Shown piece after piece: positions 29,832-39,714 of a stretch of 64,000 bases of DNA. The number at the start of each line of letters is the position of its first letter. The first letter of the stretch is position 1. Source of the stretch: Thermoanaerobaculia bacterium (GTDB lineage Bacteria; Acidobacteriota; Thermoanaerobaculia; Multivoradales; Multivoraceae); NCBI GenBank assembly GCA_963666565.1, contig OY762911.1, positions 4,032,001 through 4,096,000 on the forward strand, in the 5' to 3' direction. The notes beneath the pieces are model-generated. The model searched no databases and was not told the origin of the DNA. It saw nothing but the letters and a program-made list of their open reading frames with translations. Position numbers and translations under genes: made by a program.

Positions 29832-30436
29832 CAGAAGCCCCAGGCGAAGCCGGCCGTGTAGACGTGGCGGTCGGCGCCCTCGTGAGCGGAGCTGATCCGC
29901 CGCAGGACGCCGAGGTTGAAGGTGAAGCGAGGCAACGCGAACTGCCCCTCGAATCCGGCCAGCGTCTGGCGCGCCGGATCGAGGTCGGAGTCGCCCCAGG
30001 TGCGGACCAGGACGGCGCGCGCGCTCCAGCCGACGTAGACGTTGTTCAGGAAGGCGGATCGCGGCTTGCGAGCGCCGATCAGGCGGGCATAGCCGAGGCC
30101 CAACTGTCCGCCCGCAGAACCCGGCTCGATCTGCGCGACGAAGCCGCGGTACTCGCAGAAGGCGGAACAGTCATGGCTGTCCGGCACCCGCGCCACGACC
30201 GCTCCCGCGCCCGCCGAGAACTCCAGGGGGATCGAGTAGCGGATCCGCGTGACGGGAAGCCAGCGGAGCGAGGTCTCGTCGACATCGGCACGCACCCGAT
30301 CCGCGAGTGGCCGGGGGTCTTCCGGCCCTGGTCGCGCTTCCTGCGAGACGAGCGGCGCCGCCCAGAAACAGAGAAGAACGGCGCCGGCGGCCAGACGCAA
30401 CGAACCGGCCGGGATGGATCGGAAAGCAGCTTGCAT
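29831..30436 (-). CDS. Small outer-membrane beta-barrel-like protein
   Basis: Signal peptide, amphipathic strands, C-terminal 'AGFAWGF'; stop overlaps the next ATG (TGATG). Confidence 0.6.
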   Translation of the reverse strand: MQAAFRSIPAGSLRLAAGAVLLCFWAAPLVSQEARPGPEDPRPLADRVRADVDETSLRWLPVTRIRYSIPLEFSAGAGAVVARVPDSHDCSAFCEYRGFVAQIEPGSAGGQLGLGYARLIGARKPRSAFLNNVYVGWSARAVLVRTWGDSDLDPARQTLAGFEGQFALPRFTFNLGVLRRISSAHEGADRHVYTAGFAWGF

Positions 30437-30568
30437 CGGCGACGAACGCAGCGGGGCCGGCCCGCTCCTTCGTTCGCAGCCGATGCTACACCCGGCAACA
30501 CGGCGCCCGATCCGGCGGCGCACCGCCGGATCGGGCCGCGGGCGGCGGCTGGAGGCGCCGGACGACCG

Positions 30569-33500
30569 CTACGAGCCGCCGCCGAGCCGGTACGTCATGA
30601 CCGCCTTCAGCCGGCGTCCCTTCGGGTTCGCGGTCAGGGCGTCGAAGGACTGCTCGAAGAACACGAGCGGCGGGTCCTCGTCCGTCAGGTTGAGCGCCGA
30701 CAGGGCGAGATCGAAGCCGAACCGCGGGAAACGCCACAGGAACGTCAGGTCGAACGTGAGCCACTCGTCGATCGGCAGCAGTTCCACCGGCGTCCAGGCC
30801 AGGTTGCTGTCCTCGTAGGACGAGATGTGGTTGGCCCAGCCGATCAGGCTGTAGTCGCCCCAGCGATAGCCGAGCGAAGCGCGCGTCTTCATCTCCGGCA
30901 GCGGCGGAGCGATCGGCGTGTCGCGGTTCAGCAGGCCGACGACGTCCTTCTTCTCGCGGTAGACGACGCCGTCGCGCCGCAGTTCCTTCAACTCGTAGCT
31001 GTCCGTGTACGTGCTGTCCAGGCTGAAGGAGAGTTCGCCGTCCCCCACCTCCACCTGGCCGCCCAGGTGGAAGTCGAAGCCCGACGTCTTGATGCCGGGC
31101 CAGTTGATCAGGTCGATCCGCACCCTCTCGATGTCGGCGGGATCGCAGGAACCGTCCGTCACCCCGCCCGGGCAGACGACGCGGCCCATCACCGCGCCCA
31201 ACGCGGTCCGGTTGCCGCCGTAGCCGTCCGCGTAGAGCCGCAGCACCTCCTGCTGCGGAAGCGGAGCGATCACGTCCTCGAAGTCGTAGCTCCAGTAATC
31301 CAGCGTCACGTCGATGCCCGGCGCGGCGTAGAGCATCAGGCCCACGTTGTACGTGAACGCCTGCTCCGGCTCGAGCAGCCGGCTGCCGAACGCGTCCACC
31401 GCCTTGTAGACGCCGACCGTGTTGAGGTACTCCAGGGTGGTCCGGATCTCCTCGTTCAGATCGTCGACCGAGGGCGCCCGGAACGTCGTCTGCACCGAGC
31501 TGCGGAGCGAAAGGACGTGGCTCTGCCCCGCCGAGAGCAGCCAGCGGCCCGAGAACTTCGGATCGAAGCTGTCGATCTCGTCGTGGACCTCGTAGTTCGC
31601 CGCGAACTGCATGTCGCCCCGGCCCGCGTTGAGGGCCAGCTCGCCGAACGCACGGTGGACCGTCTGGGAGTCGCCGTAGGGGTAGTAGCCCGAAGTGAAG
31701 GTGAAGGTCCCGGCGCGGGCCCCGCTCTGCCGGCCGGTGACCGGATCCACGCAGGATCTGTCGCCGGGCACGACGCAGGGGTTCAGACTGTAGTCGCCGA
31801 CCGCGTTCGGAGTCGCCGTCACGTCGAGCCGCCGGTACTGGTAGCCGAACGCATAGTCGAGCTTCTGAGGCAGCCAGTTGCCGGAGAGGGTCGCCTCGGC
31901 GACCACCATCTCGGCGTCGTTGTCGACGTCCACGATGTCGTTGATCCAGTCGAGCAGCGCCGGGCTGTTCTCCAGGCCCGCCACGTACATCGGGTTCGCG
32001 CTGTTCTCCCAGGCCGCGCCCGGCTGCGCCGAGTACTCGATGCCGTTGCCGAACGGGTTGTAGAACATGCAGTTGCCGACTCCCGGCTGGGCGCCGCCGG
32101 TGTTCCCGAGCCGCATCCCCGACGGGCTCGTGTCGTCGGCCACCACGCCGACGCCGCAGTTCGCGCCGCCGTAGCCGCGGAAGGCGAGGAACTTGCGGTA
32201 CGCGTACTCGGCCGGCTGGTTCATGTTGCCGGTCGTCCGCGAGTAGTTGACGCCCACGTCGAGGGTCGCCGCCTTGCCGCCGAGGGTCAGTTCGTGGTCG
32301 ATCGAAGCCGCGAGGCGGGTCGTCTCGGTCGCCCGGCGCAGACCGCGCCCGGGACCCGAGTTCCCGACCAGGCGGCCGTAGAAGTACCAGTCGTCCTCCA
32401 GGCACGCCTGCTCCGAGCCGAAGCCGGCGGACGAGAAGTCCGAACCGCACAGCGCCTGCCGCCCCGGGTGGATGCCGGGCACGACCTGCAGGCCGTCCAG
32501 CAGGGACACCGGCGGGTAGGACGGCGTGGTCACGTAGTTCGGGATGATCGACTCCGCGAACAGCCCTTCCAGGTGGTAGCTCGTCCTGTCCGACAGCGGG
32601 CCGTTCAGCTCGGCGAAGAACCGGTTGGTCTCCGTCGACTCGACCAGGCTGTCCCAGGCCTGGTAGCGGAAGGCGCAGGTGAAGCCGCGGTCGTAGCCGC
32701 CGAGGCCGTTGCACGCCGGATCGACGAAGTAGTCCGTGCCGGCCGTGCCGTTGCGGGCGCGCGCCAGCTCCTCGACGAACGCGGAGGAGCTTTCGCCGCC
32801 GGTCAGGTTCGGGCGCAGGAAGATGCCCGGATTGCCGGTGTTCGACCAGCCCCAGAACCAGCCGGTGGCGCGGTCCTTGAGCGTGTACGGCCGCTCCCGC
32901 GCGCCGAGATGCGAGCGCTCGGCGCGCTCCAGCGAGAAGACGAGGTGGTGCTGCGAGTCGCCCAGCTTGCCGCCCCAGATGGCGCCCGCCGTCGAGTCGC
33001 CGGCGCCGTCCATGCTCTCGTGCGAGACGGCGGCCTCGAAGCCGGTGAACTGGTCGCGGGTGACGAAGTTGGCGACGCCGGCCACGGCGTCCGACCCGTA
33101 GATCGCCGCCGCGCCTTCCTTGAGCACCTCGACCCGGTCCATCGCGATGGAGGGGAAGGCGCTGATGTCGACGAAGCGGCCGCCGAACAGCCGCGCCGGC
33201 AGGGGCGCCTGGCGCCGGCCGTTGAGCAGCACGAGCGTCCGCGAGGCCCCCAGGCCCCGCAGGTTCACGTTGGCGACGCTCTCCGGCACCGCCGTGCCCT
33301 GGTCGTTGTACCAACTGTTCGCCTCGCCGATGACGCCGGACGAGGCGGTCAGGTTCTTGATCAGGTCGACCGCCTGCAACGAACCCTGCTCCTTCTGCAC
33401 TTCCCGGTTGACGACCTCGACCGCGTACGGGAGGTCGATGGCCGGTTCCTCGATCGCCGAGCCGGTGACGACGACGACCTCCTGGGCCTGGAACTCGAGA

Positions 33501-33676
33501 ACGCCTTCCTCGTCTCCGTTCTCGTCGCCTTCTTCGTCTTCCTGTGGCGAGGGAAGCGCTTCCGCCGGGGACCCGGCGGCGGCATCGCCCGCTGGGTCCG
33601 GCTCCGCCGCAACCCCGGCGCCGGCGACGCCGGCCAGGAGGAGAATCGAAATGGTCAGCAGCAACTGGGTACGCAT
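30569..33676 (-). CDS. TonB-dependent receptor
   Basis: TonB box 'EVVVVTGS'; plug 'NLRGLGASRTLVLLNGRR' and 'RVEVLKEGAAAIYGSDAVAGVANF'; AAGGAGG RBS. Confidence 0.95.
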   Translation of the reverse strand: MRTQLLLTISILLLAGVAGAGVAAEPDPAGDAAAGSPAEALPSPQEDEEGDENGDEEGVLEFQAQEVVVVTGSAIEEPAIDLPYAVEVVNREVQKEQGSLQAVDLIKNLTASSGVIGEANSWYNDQGTAVPESVANVNLRGLGASRTLVLLNGRRQAPLPARLFGGRFVDISAFPSIAMDRVEVLKEGAAAIYGSDAVAGVANFVTRDQFTGFEAAVSHESMDGAGDSTAGAIWGGKLGDSQHHLVFSLERAERSHLGARERPYTLKDRATGWFWGWSNTGNPGIFLRPNLTGGESSSAFVEELARARNGTAGTDYFVDPACNGLGGYDRGFTCAFRYQAWDSLVESTETNRFFAELNGPLSDRTSYHLEGLFAESIIPNYVTTPSYPPVSLLDGLQVVPGIHPGRQALCGSDFSSAGFGSEQACLEDDWYFYGRLVGNSGPGRGLRRATETTRLAASIDHELTLGGKAATLDVGVNYSRTTGNMNQPAEYAYRKFLAFRGYGGANCGVGVVADDTSPSGMRLGNTGGAQPGVGNCMFYNPFGNGIEYSAQPGAAWENSANPMYVAGLENSPALLDWINDIVDVDNDAEMVVAEATLSGNWLPQKLDYAFGYQYRRLDVTATPNAVGDYSLNPCVVPGDRSCVDPVTGRQSGARAGTFTFTSGYYPYGDSQTVHRAFGELALNAGRGDMQFAANYEVHDEIDSFDPKFSGRWLLSAGQSHVLSLRSSVQTTFRAPSVDDLNEEIRTTLEYLNTVGVYKAVDAFGSRLLEPEQAFTYNVGLMLYAAPGIDVTLDYWSYDFEDVIAPLPQQEVLRLYADGYGGNRTALGAVMGRVVCPGGVTDGSCDPADIERVRIDLINWPGIKTSGFDFHLGGQVEVGDGELSFSLDSTYTDSYELKELRRDGVVYREKKDVVGLLNRDTPIAPPLPEMKTRASLGYRWGDYSLIGWANHISSYEDSNLAWTPVELLPIDEWLTFDLTFLWRFPRFGFDLALSALNLTDEDPPLVFFEQSFDALTANPKGRRLKAVMTYRLGGGS

Positions 33677-33950
33677 CGTGCCTCCTTGTCTCTCCAGAGG
33701 GAGTGAGCCTTGATCCGTGCGACGAATCGACGGCCGACGTCGACCTGCCGTCCCATGCAACCCGTAGCGAGCGCGAATCGTGTGCCCAAGAGGATACACC
33801 CATGCCGCGCGGGCGCTCCGGATCTCGCCTCGGCGCCATGCCGCCCGGCCAGACCGCGTCGCCCGTACCTCCCGTACCAACCGCGTCGCCCGGACGAACC
33901 GCGCTGCAAGCCGGCCCCGTCAACTATGATCCCGCCACAGGAGGTTCAAG

Positions 33951-34397
33951 ATGTCCCGAACAGCCCACCGAGCGCTGCCCGCGGCCGTTTTCGCGCTGAC
34001 CCTGAGCGCGACCGGCCCGTCCGACGCCCATCACGCGTTCTCCGCCGAGTTCGACGCCAACCTGCCGATCAAGGTGGAGGGGACGATCACGATGGTCGAG
34101 TGGATCAACCCGCACGCTTGGGTCCACGTCCAGACCACGCTCGACAGCGGCGAGACCCTGACCTGGGAACTCGAGGCCGGAACGCCGAACACCCTGGTCC
34201 GCCGCGGCCTCACCCGCACCCTGCTCAAGCCCGGCACGGAAGTCGTCGTTCGCGGCTACCAGAGCAAGGACCAGATGTGTACGCCGAACTGCCGCGGCAG
34301 CGGCCGCGACATGAAGCTCCCCGACGGCCGCAGCCTGTTCATGGGCTCGTCCGGCACCGGCGCGCCGCGGGACGGCGCCGACCCGACCGAGCAGTAG
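33951..34397 (+). CDS. DUF6152 family periplasmic protein
   Basis: Signal then HHAFSAEFD, 'EWINPHAWV', 'W.LE.G.PN.L.R.G'; TATGAT -10 and AGGAGG RBS. Confidence 0.85.
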   Translation: MSRTAHRALPAAVFALTLSATGPSDAHHAFSAEFDANLPIKVEGTITMVEWINPHAWVHVQTTLDSGETLTWELEAGTPNTLVRRGLTRTLLKPGTEVVVRGYQSKDQMCTPNCRGSGRDMKLPDGRSLFMGSSGTGAPRDGADPTEQ

Positions 34398-34484
34398 CGG
34401 CACCCCCGGTGCGGCCCCTGGCCCCGGGGCGCCCTCCGGATGGCGTCCCGGCGCGATGGTCGCTACGGCGGCCGCGCCGCCCGA

Positions 34485-34604
34485 TCAGCCGTCGCCGGGT
34501 GCCTCGCTCGACTCCTCGTCGTCGTCCAGCACGCCGAAGGAGGCGACGATCTCCAGGCCGATGAACGCCACGGCCAGCAGGATGAAGAAGTCGAAGTCAC
34601 TCAT
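34485..34604 (-). CDS. Possible 39-aa single-TM small protein with acidic tail
   Basis: MSDFDFFILLAVAFIGLEIVASFGVLDDDEESSEAPGDG; GC3-biased codons. Confidence 0.45.
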   Translation of the reverse strand: MSDFDFFILLAVAFIGLEIVASFGVLDDDEESSEAPGDG

Positions 34605-34737
34605 GAGTCGCTGTCTCTGATGAAGATGATCCGCGGAGTCCGCGCCGTGGCGTTGCCTCCGTGGATCATATGCCGTCCGGCAACGGCGCGCCAACCGGGG
34701 GCGTCGACCCGACCGCACCGGAGCGAGACCGCCGAGT

Positions 34738-34794
34738 TATAGGGAAGTTACCCCGGTTTATCGAAATCGGATAAACCGGGGTAACCTTCCTATA
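34738..34794. repeat. 57-bp AT-rich near-perfect inverted repeat (MITE/IS-scar-like)
   Basis: TATAGGGAAGTTACCCCGGTTTATC-gaaatcg-GATAAACCGGGGTAACCTTCCTATA; arms match 23/25. Confidence 0.85.
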
Positions 34795-34913
34795 CATGTC
34801 GCCGACAGCCGACTGATGGCCACGGGTTGGCTGGCCGTGAGTTCGATGACGAACTCCGAACCGTCTTCCTCGACGTACCGCTTCACCAGTGCGCTCGCGT
34901 CGAGAAACAGCAT
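34758..34913 (-). pseudogene. vapC: Truncated VapC (PIN) toxin
   Basis: MLFLDASALVKRYVEEDGS is a PIN N-terminus. After ~39 codons it runs into the palindrome and stops. Confidence 0.8.
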
Positions 34914-35197
34914 CAGAACCGATCGTCCCGTTCCTCGACGATGGTGTCCGCGACCGATTCGCCACGCACCTGTATCGGTTCGACCGACCGCGCGCGGCGC
35001 GCGGTCCCCAGGGTCACGAGTCCCCTGGCCGCGAGGTCGAGGAGTTTCTCCTCCTCGTTCGACGCGGCTTTCGGCAGCGGCCTGAGCTCGGCCACGGGTC
35101 GTCCTCGCTCGGTCACCAGAATCACCGATCCCTCGCGGACCCTTCGAAGGTACGTGCCCAGCCGCGTCTTGAGTTCTCTCGCTCCCACCGTCACCAT
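34913..35197 (-). CDS. Phd/YefM family antitoxin
   Basis: MVTVGARELKTRLGTYLRRVREG..ILVTERGRPVAEL; TGATG coupling to vapC. Confidence 0.9.
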   Translation of the reverse strand: MVTVGARELKTRLGTYLRRVREGSVILVTERGRPVAELRPLPKAASNEEEKLLDLAARGLVTLGTARRARSVEPIQVRGESVADTIVEERDDRF

Positions 35198-35233
35198 GTG
35201 ACCATTGTAGGCACAAGCGTAAGGGCCGGGCAA
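35190..35233 (-). promoter_or_regulatory. Leaderless TA promoter with palindromic operator over the start codon
   Basis: TTGCCC-18 nt-TACAAT-6 nt-ATG; palindrome GTCAC-cat-GTGAC at 35190-35202. Confidence 0.65.
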
Positions 35234-35443
35234 GGACCGGCCCCGCTCAGGGAGCGCTCATGGGCCACCACCAGAACCGCCTCACATTGAAGAAGGCTCT
35301 ACCGACCGAACTCGGGTCGCTATGGACCGATCAAGCCAAGTCGCCGAACCACTCGAAAGGCCCACCTGCGGCAACACCGCCGCAATGGCGATCAGGGATC
35401 CCCGACTCCAACCGGCGGCGGCCACGGTCGCCGTGAGCGCCGC

Positions 35444-36523
35444 CTACGGATCCTGCTGATCCTGCTCTTCCTTCGCCGCTTCCAGCGCCTCCTGTGCCGC
35501 GTCGACGCGGTTCTGGCCGCCGTACCAGCTTGCCAGCCAGTCCTTGCCGTCTTCGGCGGTGCCCTGCTGCTCGCGGTGGCGGGCGCCGCGGAGCATGAGA
35601 GTCATGGCGCGGTTGCCTTCGTGGCAGGCGTACTCGAGGACCGGGTCGTCGGTGCGGCGCATCTCGATGGCGCTCGTCCAGGGCGCTTCGAAGGACTCGG
35701 GGTCGTCGACGGTGTACTCGTAGAGGAGGGCGTCGGGGCCGGTGCGGGTGAAGCGCTCGGTCAGGACCAGGTTCGGACCGGTGCCGCGGTAGGCGGTGTG
35801 CTCGGTGTAGTTCTTCGTCGTCACGACGAAGGTGTCGCCGTCCCAGACACCTGAGGAGTCGCCCTTCCAGAAACGCATGCTCTCGTCGACGTGCTCGCGG
35901 CCGTCGGTGGGGATGACGCGGTGGTCGTTGATCATCTCGGTCATGATCGCGACGTAGCCCCGCGACTGGAAGATCTCCATCATGTTGTTGTAGGCGCCGG
36001 GGGTCACCGGCGGGCCGGCGTTGAAGCCGACGATGCAGCGCTCGTAGGAGTTGCGCTCTTCCGGGCCGGCCGGGGGCTGGCCCCAGAGGGCGTAGCGCTC
36101 GTTCGCGCGGCGGATGGCGCCGTCCGTCATCTTCGGCAGGCGGCCGTTCGGCGGATCGACGATCAGGGAAGTGCGCATCGTGCCGGAGACCTTGTCGCCG
36201 AGGTCGAGCCAGAAGGAGTTGTAGCCGACGTCGACGTCGCCCTGGCTGGGATCGACGTCCTGTACGCCGGACGCCGCCCGCGCTGCGCGCTGCTGACGCC
36301 GCTGCTCTTCCAGTTCGGCAGCCTCTTCGGCGGTGAGCGTCGCCTTGTCGCCGAAGGCGGCAGGCCGCTCGAGCGGCGTGATCGAGCGGTAGTCCCAGGT
36401 GCCCTGCAGGTCCGGAACGCCCCAGGACGTGACGAGCTTCTCATCCTCGGCGTACGCGGCCCCGGTGACAACCAGGACAGCCGCGACGAAAGTGACGGTG
36501 CTTGCGGACAGTCGGTGCTTCAT
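35444..36523 (-). CDS. Uncharacterised periplasmic protein, 'PDL.G.W...EYACHEGN' family (paralogue 1)
   Basis: Signal; GVPDLQGTW, TSLIVDPPNGR, ERC, GDSSGVWDGDT, ERFTR, EYACHEGN; AAGGAG RBS. Confidence 0.8.
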   Translation of the reverse strand: MKHRLSASTVTFVAAVLVVTGAAYAEDEKLVTSWGVPDLQGTWDYRSITPLERPAAFGDKATLTAEEAAELEEQRRQQRAARAASGVQDVDPSQGDVDVGYNSFWLDLGDKVSGTMRTSLIVDPPNGRLPKMTDGAIRRANERYALWGQPPAGPEERNSYERCIVGFNAGPPVTPGAYNNMMEIFQSRGYVAIMTEMINDHRVIPTDGREHVDESMRFWKGDSSGVWDGDTFVVTTKNYTEHTAYRGTGPNLVLTERFTRTGPDALLYEYTVDDPESFEAPWTSAIEMRRTDDPVLEYACHEGNRAMTLMLRGARHREQQGTAEDGKDWLASWYGGQNRVDAAQEALEAAKEEQDQQDP

Positions 36524-36537
36524 GACTTCGACTCCTT

Positions 36538-37353
36538 TCACTCTGGCGTCGCCCCGCGGCGCAGATGGCCGTAGGCCGCGTCCTCTCCCCCGAGCGGAAT
36601 GCACTTGAACTCGAGCAGGCGCGCGTTCTCTTCAAGGCGCCTGTAGAGCGGCATGCTGATCGTCCACGGCTCGGTGAACACGTTCGGATCGGTGATCGTT
36701 GCCTCGTAGTGCATCGAGTCCGGTCCGGTGCGCGTGTAGCGTTCGACGACCTGGAGCTCCTCGCTGTGGAAGTTGCCGGAGGCGTCGAACCAGGTGTCGG
36801 GGACCTGGTCCGTGACCTCGACCACCAGGGTGTCGCCCTCCCAGTGCCCGAGCGAGTAGCCCATCCAGGACGGCAATACCGCCCGCGTGCCGGGCCGGTC
36901 GAGGCGGACCGGGCGGCTGTTGCCGCCCCACTCATAGGCGAAGAAGACCGCCTTCGGCGTCTGCACGATCTGGAACGGCAGCGGCATGTAGGTGGCGCGC
37001 GGAATGCCGGGGATGAAGCACTTCGCCGCCGGGTCCAGGTTCAGCCAGTCGGCCCGGTTCGCGTTACGCTGCTCGAGCGCCCAGTCCTGGTAGGGAATCT
37101 CGCCGCCCTCGACCACGCTCAGCCCGGCCGGGATCGCGCCCAGGGCGCCGTACGCCGGGACCGGCGTGCGCCGCGCGTGGTGCGCTTCGAGGTCCCAGTG
37201 GGCGCTGTTCATCGCCTGCCAGATGCCGTTCAGATCGGGATTGCCGTCGGGCGTCCTGGGCGCCTCCCAGGCGCCGTCCTGTGCCTGCACCACCGCAGAC
37301 ACGACCAGAAGCAGCATCGCCGACAGCGACACGGCCAGACTGTGCTTGTGCAT
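36538..37353 (-). CDS. Same superfamily, shorter type (paralogue 2)
   Basis: PRTPDGNPDLNGIW, KCFIPGIPR, GYSLGHWEGDTLVVE, ERYTR, LLEFKC. Confidence 0.8.
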   Translation of the reverse strand: MHKHSLAVSLSAMLLLVVSAVVQAQDGAWEAPRTPDGNPDLNGIWQAMNSAHWDLEAHHARRTPVPAYGALGAIPAGLSVVEGGEIPYQDWALEQRNANRADWLNLDPAAKCFIPGIPRATYMPLPFQIVQTPKAVFFAYEWGGNSRPVRLDRPGTRAVLPSWMGYSLGHWEGDTLVVEVTDQVPDTWFDASGNFHSEELQVVERYTRTGPDSMHYEATITDPNVFTEPWTISMPLYRRLEENARLLEFKCIPLGGEDAAYGHLRRGATPE

Positions 37354-37423
37354 GGATGGGGACTATAGCGAAGGTCGCGGCGACGGGCAGCGGCTGCTAC
37401 CGCCGCTCCGCGGCCCGGCGGAT

Positions 37424-37449
37424 GCGGGTCAGAAGACCCGCGCACCCAG
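37424..37449 (+). repeat. REP-like palindrome
   Basis: GCGGGTCAGAAGACCCGCGCACCCAG. Confidence 0.85.
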
Positions 37450-37469
37450 CACGCGGCGACGGCGACTCC

Positions 37470-39626
37470 CTACGGCAGGCGGAAGACGAACAGGCCGTTG
37501 CCGGTCCGCGGATAGCGGATCTCCGGGCTGACCCGGGCCGGGACGAAGCGCGGACTGCCGCCGCCGAGCCCGGTCGACACGGCCACGTACTGGACGCCGT
37601 CGACTTCGTAGCTGACGGGGAAGCCCTGCACCGAGGTCGGCAGGCGGGTGCCCCACAACTCCTCGCCCGTCGCCGTGTCCCACGCGCGGAATCGCCGGTC
37701 GATGTCGCCGGCGAAGACGACGCCGCCGGCCGTGGTCAGGGCCGCGGTGAGAAAGGCAGGCCGCTGCTCGATGCTCCAGACCTCCTCCATCGTGTCCACG
37801 TCGTAGGCCGCGAGCTTGCCGAGGCGTCCCTCCGTACCGGGCATCTCGAACCACTTCCGGTCCGCCCGCTCGCCTCCCGCCCCCTCTTCGAAGCGCGGCT
37901 CGCGGCCGGAGATGTCGAGGCAGCTCTGGCTCAGCGGCACGACCAGCAACCCGTGCGCGGGACTGTAGGAGGAGGCCTGCCAGTTGTGGCCCCCGGCCGT
38001 GCTGGGACAGACCGAAACCCACTCCCCGACTTCGGCCGACGCGATGTCCTCGCGGTAGCGGACCTCACCGGTCTCGCGGTCGATGTGGTCGAAGACGTTC
38101 TGGAACACCATTTCCTCGAGCGCGACGAAGGAGCCGTCCGTACGGTCGAGCTTCCACAGGATGCCGTGCTTGCCGGAGGTGAGCAGCAGCCGCCGGCCGC
38201 CGCGGTCGATCAGGACCTGCTCGAACGCCTCGTCGAGGTCGAGGGCTTCGCCGGGCACGTGCTGGCGGTAGAAGACGATTTCCCCGTCGCCAGGGCGCAT
38301 CGCCAGGGTCGAGTTCGTGTACAGCACCTCGTGGTCGATCGTCAGCCCACGGCTCGCGGGTACCCACGGCTTGGCCTGCGCCACCGGCCAGTAGACGAGT
38401 TGCAAGTCAGGGTCGTAGCTGCCTGGAATCCAGGAGTCGCCGCCGCCCCGCAGCATGAGCGGCAGCTCGCCCCAGGTGTCGCCGCCGGGCTCGCCGGGCC
38501 GGGCGACGGTGTAGGTGCGCCACCGCTCCTCGCCCGTCTCGGCGTCGTGAGCGGTGATGAAGCAACTGTCCTCGTGGTAGCGGATGCAGCCGTTGATGCC
38601 GTTGATCACCAAACCCTCGACCACGATCGGGCCGCTGGTGTTCGAGTAGCGCTTCGCCGGATCGGCAATCTGCGTCTCCCAGACAGGCCGCCCGTTCCGG
38701 GCGTCGAGCGCGAGCATGGCCGCGTCCTTCGTGGCGACGAAGACCTTGTCGCCCCGGATCGCGAGGTTGCGGAGCTGGTTGAACCCGCGCGCCAGGTCGC
38801 CCTCCAGCCCGCGGTCGTACTCCCAGATCAGCGTGCCCGTGTCGGCCTCCAGCGCCTGGATGATGTTCCCCGGGTTGGCCAGGTACATGACTCCGCGGTA
38901 GACCAGCGGTGTCGGCTGATTCACGCCATCCGCCATCGCCCAGGACCAGGCCATCCGCAGGTCGCCGACGTTGTCCGGGTCGATCTGATCCAGCGGGCTG
39001 TGGCCCTGACCGTCGTAGGTCCGCCGGAACATCAGCCAGTCGCCGGGGTCCGGGTCGAGCAGCATCCCGGTCGTCACCGGCTCGAAGTCCTCGATCTCCC
39101 GTTCCCCGGGCGGCGTGACGTGCTCCTCCTCCGCTTCGGCAAGAGCGCTGACGTCGCGTTCCGCGGCCACGGCTGCGTCCCTCGGGGAGGCGGCTGCACC
39201 CCCCAACCCCAGACTGCCCAGTGAGACGGCGAGACCGGAGCTGTCCGGCATCAGCGCTTCATCGCCGGCGGATGCGCCGTTTCGTAGCAGCACGAAGGCA
39301 GCGAGGTCGAAGGTCTGCTGCGGCGTCAGAGAGTTCCGGTTCTCCGGCGGCATCGTGACCCGGATCGTGTCCGCGAGATCGACGACGGCGCCGGCGCCCC
39401 AGGCGTCGAGAAAGTCCACGCCGACCAAGGGAGGCGCCTCGTTCGCGCCGGCCAGGCTGGAGAGGTGGCACTCGACGCAGATCTCCTCGTAGAGCGCCCG
39501 TCCACGCTCCGCCTGCTCGGCGGTGAAGACTCGCAACGGCTCGACCGGCGGTTGCGCGCCGGCGACCGCAACGGCCGCCAGGAGCACCCCGGCAGTTCCA
39601 AGCAAAACGGGACGTCGGGACGCCAC
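37470..39626 (-). CDS. Quinohemoprotein: N-terminal cytochrome c plus PQQ-binding beta-propeller dehydrogenase
   Basis: CVECH heme motif; '[20 protein letters not shown]...NV..L..AW', W-motif propeller blades, '[12 protein letters not shown]'. GTG start is approximate. Confidence 0.88.
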   Translation of the reverse strand: MASRRPVLLGTAGVLLAAVAVAGAQPPVEPLRVFTAEQAERGRALYEEICVECHLSSLAGANEAPPLVGVDFLDAWGAGAVVDLADTIRVTMPPENRNSLTPQQTFDLAAFVLLRNGASAGDEALMPDSSGLAVSLGSLGLGGAAASPRDAAVAAERDVSALAEAEEEHVTPPGEREIEDFEPVTTGMLLDPDPGDWLMFRRTYDGQGHSPLDQIDPDNVGDLRMAWSWAMADGVNQPTPLVYRGVMYLANPGNIIQALEADTGTLIWEYDRGLEGDLARGFNQLRNLAIRGDKVFVATKDAAMLALDARNGRPVWETQIADPAKRYSNTSGPIVVEGLVINGINGCIRYHEDSCFITAHDAETGEERWRTYTVARPGEPGGDTWGELPLMLRGGGDSWIPGSYDPDLQLVYWPVAQAKPWVPASRGLTIDHEVLYTNSTLAMRPGDGEIVFYRQHVPGEALDLDEAFEQVLIDRGGRRLLLTSGKHGILWKLDRTDGSFVALEEMVFQNVFDHIDRETGEVRYREDIASAEVGEWVSVCPSTAGGHNWQASSYSPAHGLLVVPLSQSCLDISGREPRFEEGAGGERADRKWFEMPGTEGRLGKLAAYDVDTMEEVWSIEQRPAFLTAALTTAGGVVFAGDIDRRFRAWDTATGEELWGTRLPTSVQGFPVSYEVDGVQYVAVSTGLGGGSPRFVPARVSPEIRYPRTGNGLFVFRLP

Positions 39627-39640
39627 TGTTTCGCCCGCGA

Positions 39641-39666
39641 GCGGGTCGGAAGACCCGCGCACCCAG
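39641..39666 (+). repeat. REP-like palindrome
   Basis: GCGGGTCGGAAGACCCGCGCACCCAG between divergent genes. Confidence 0.85.
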
Positions 39667-39714
39667 GATTCGGCTCGGCAGCCCCTTCCGGGCAACCCAC
39701 GTACACTCCGCGCC

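Noticed and set aside
33775-33792. Sigma54 promoter or riboswitch upstream of the TBDR
   Set aside because: GG-N10-GC spacing is present (GGCACACGATTCGC), but the -12 element is non-consensus and I recognised no cobalamin or TPP riboswitch core.
29864-33923. Long antisense or alternative-frame ORFs (1280 and 1145 aa here; also 51591..54959, 12537..14801, 56876..59365)
   Set aside because: These are shadow ORFs typical of high-GC coding DNA. They overlap well-supported genes and show no motifs.
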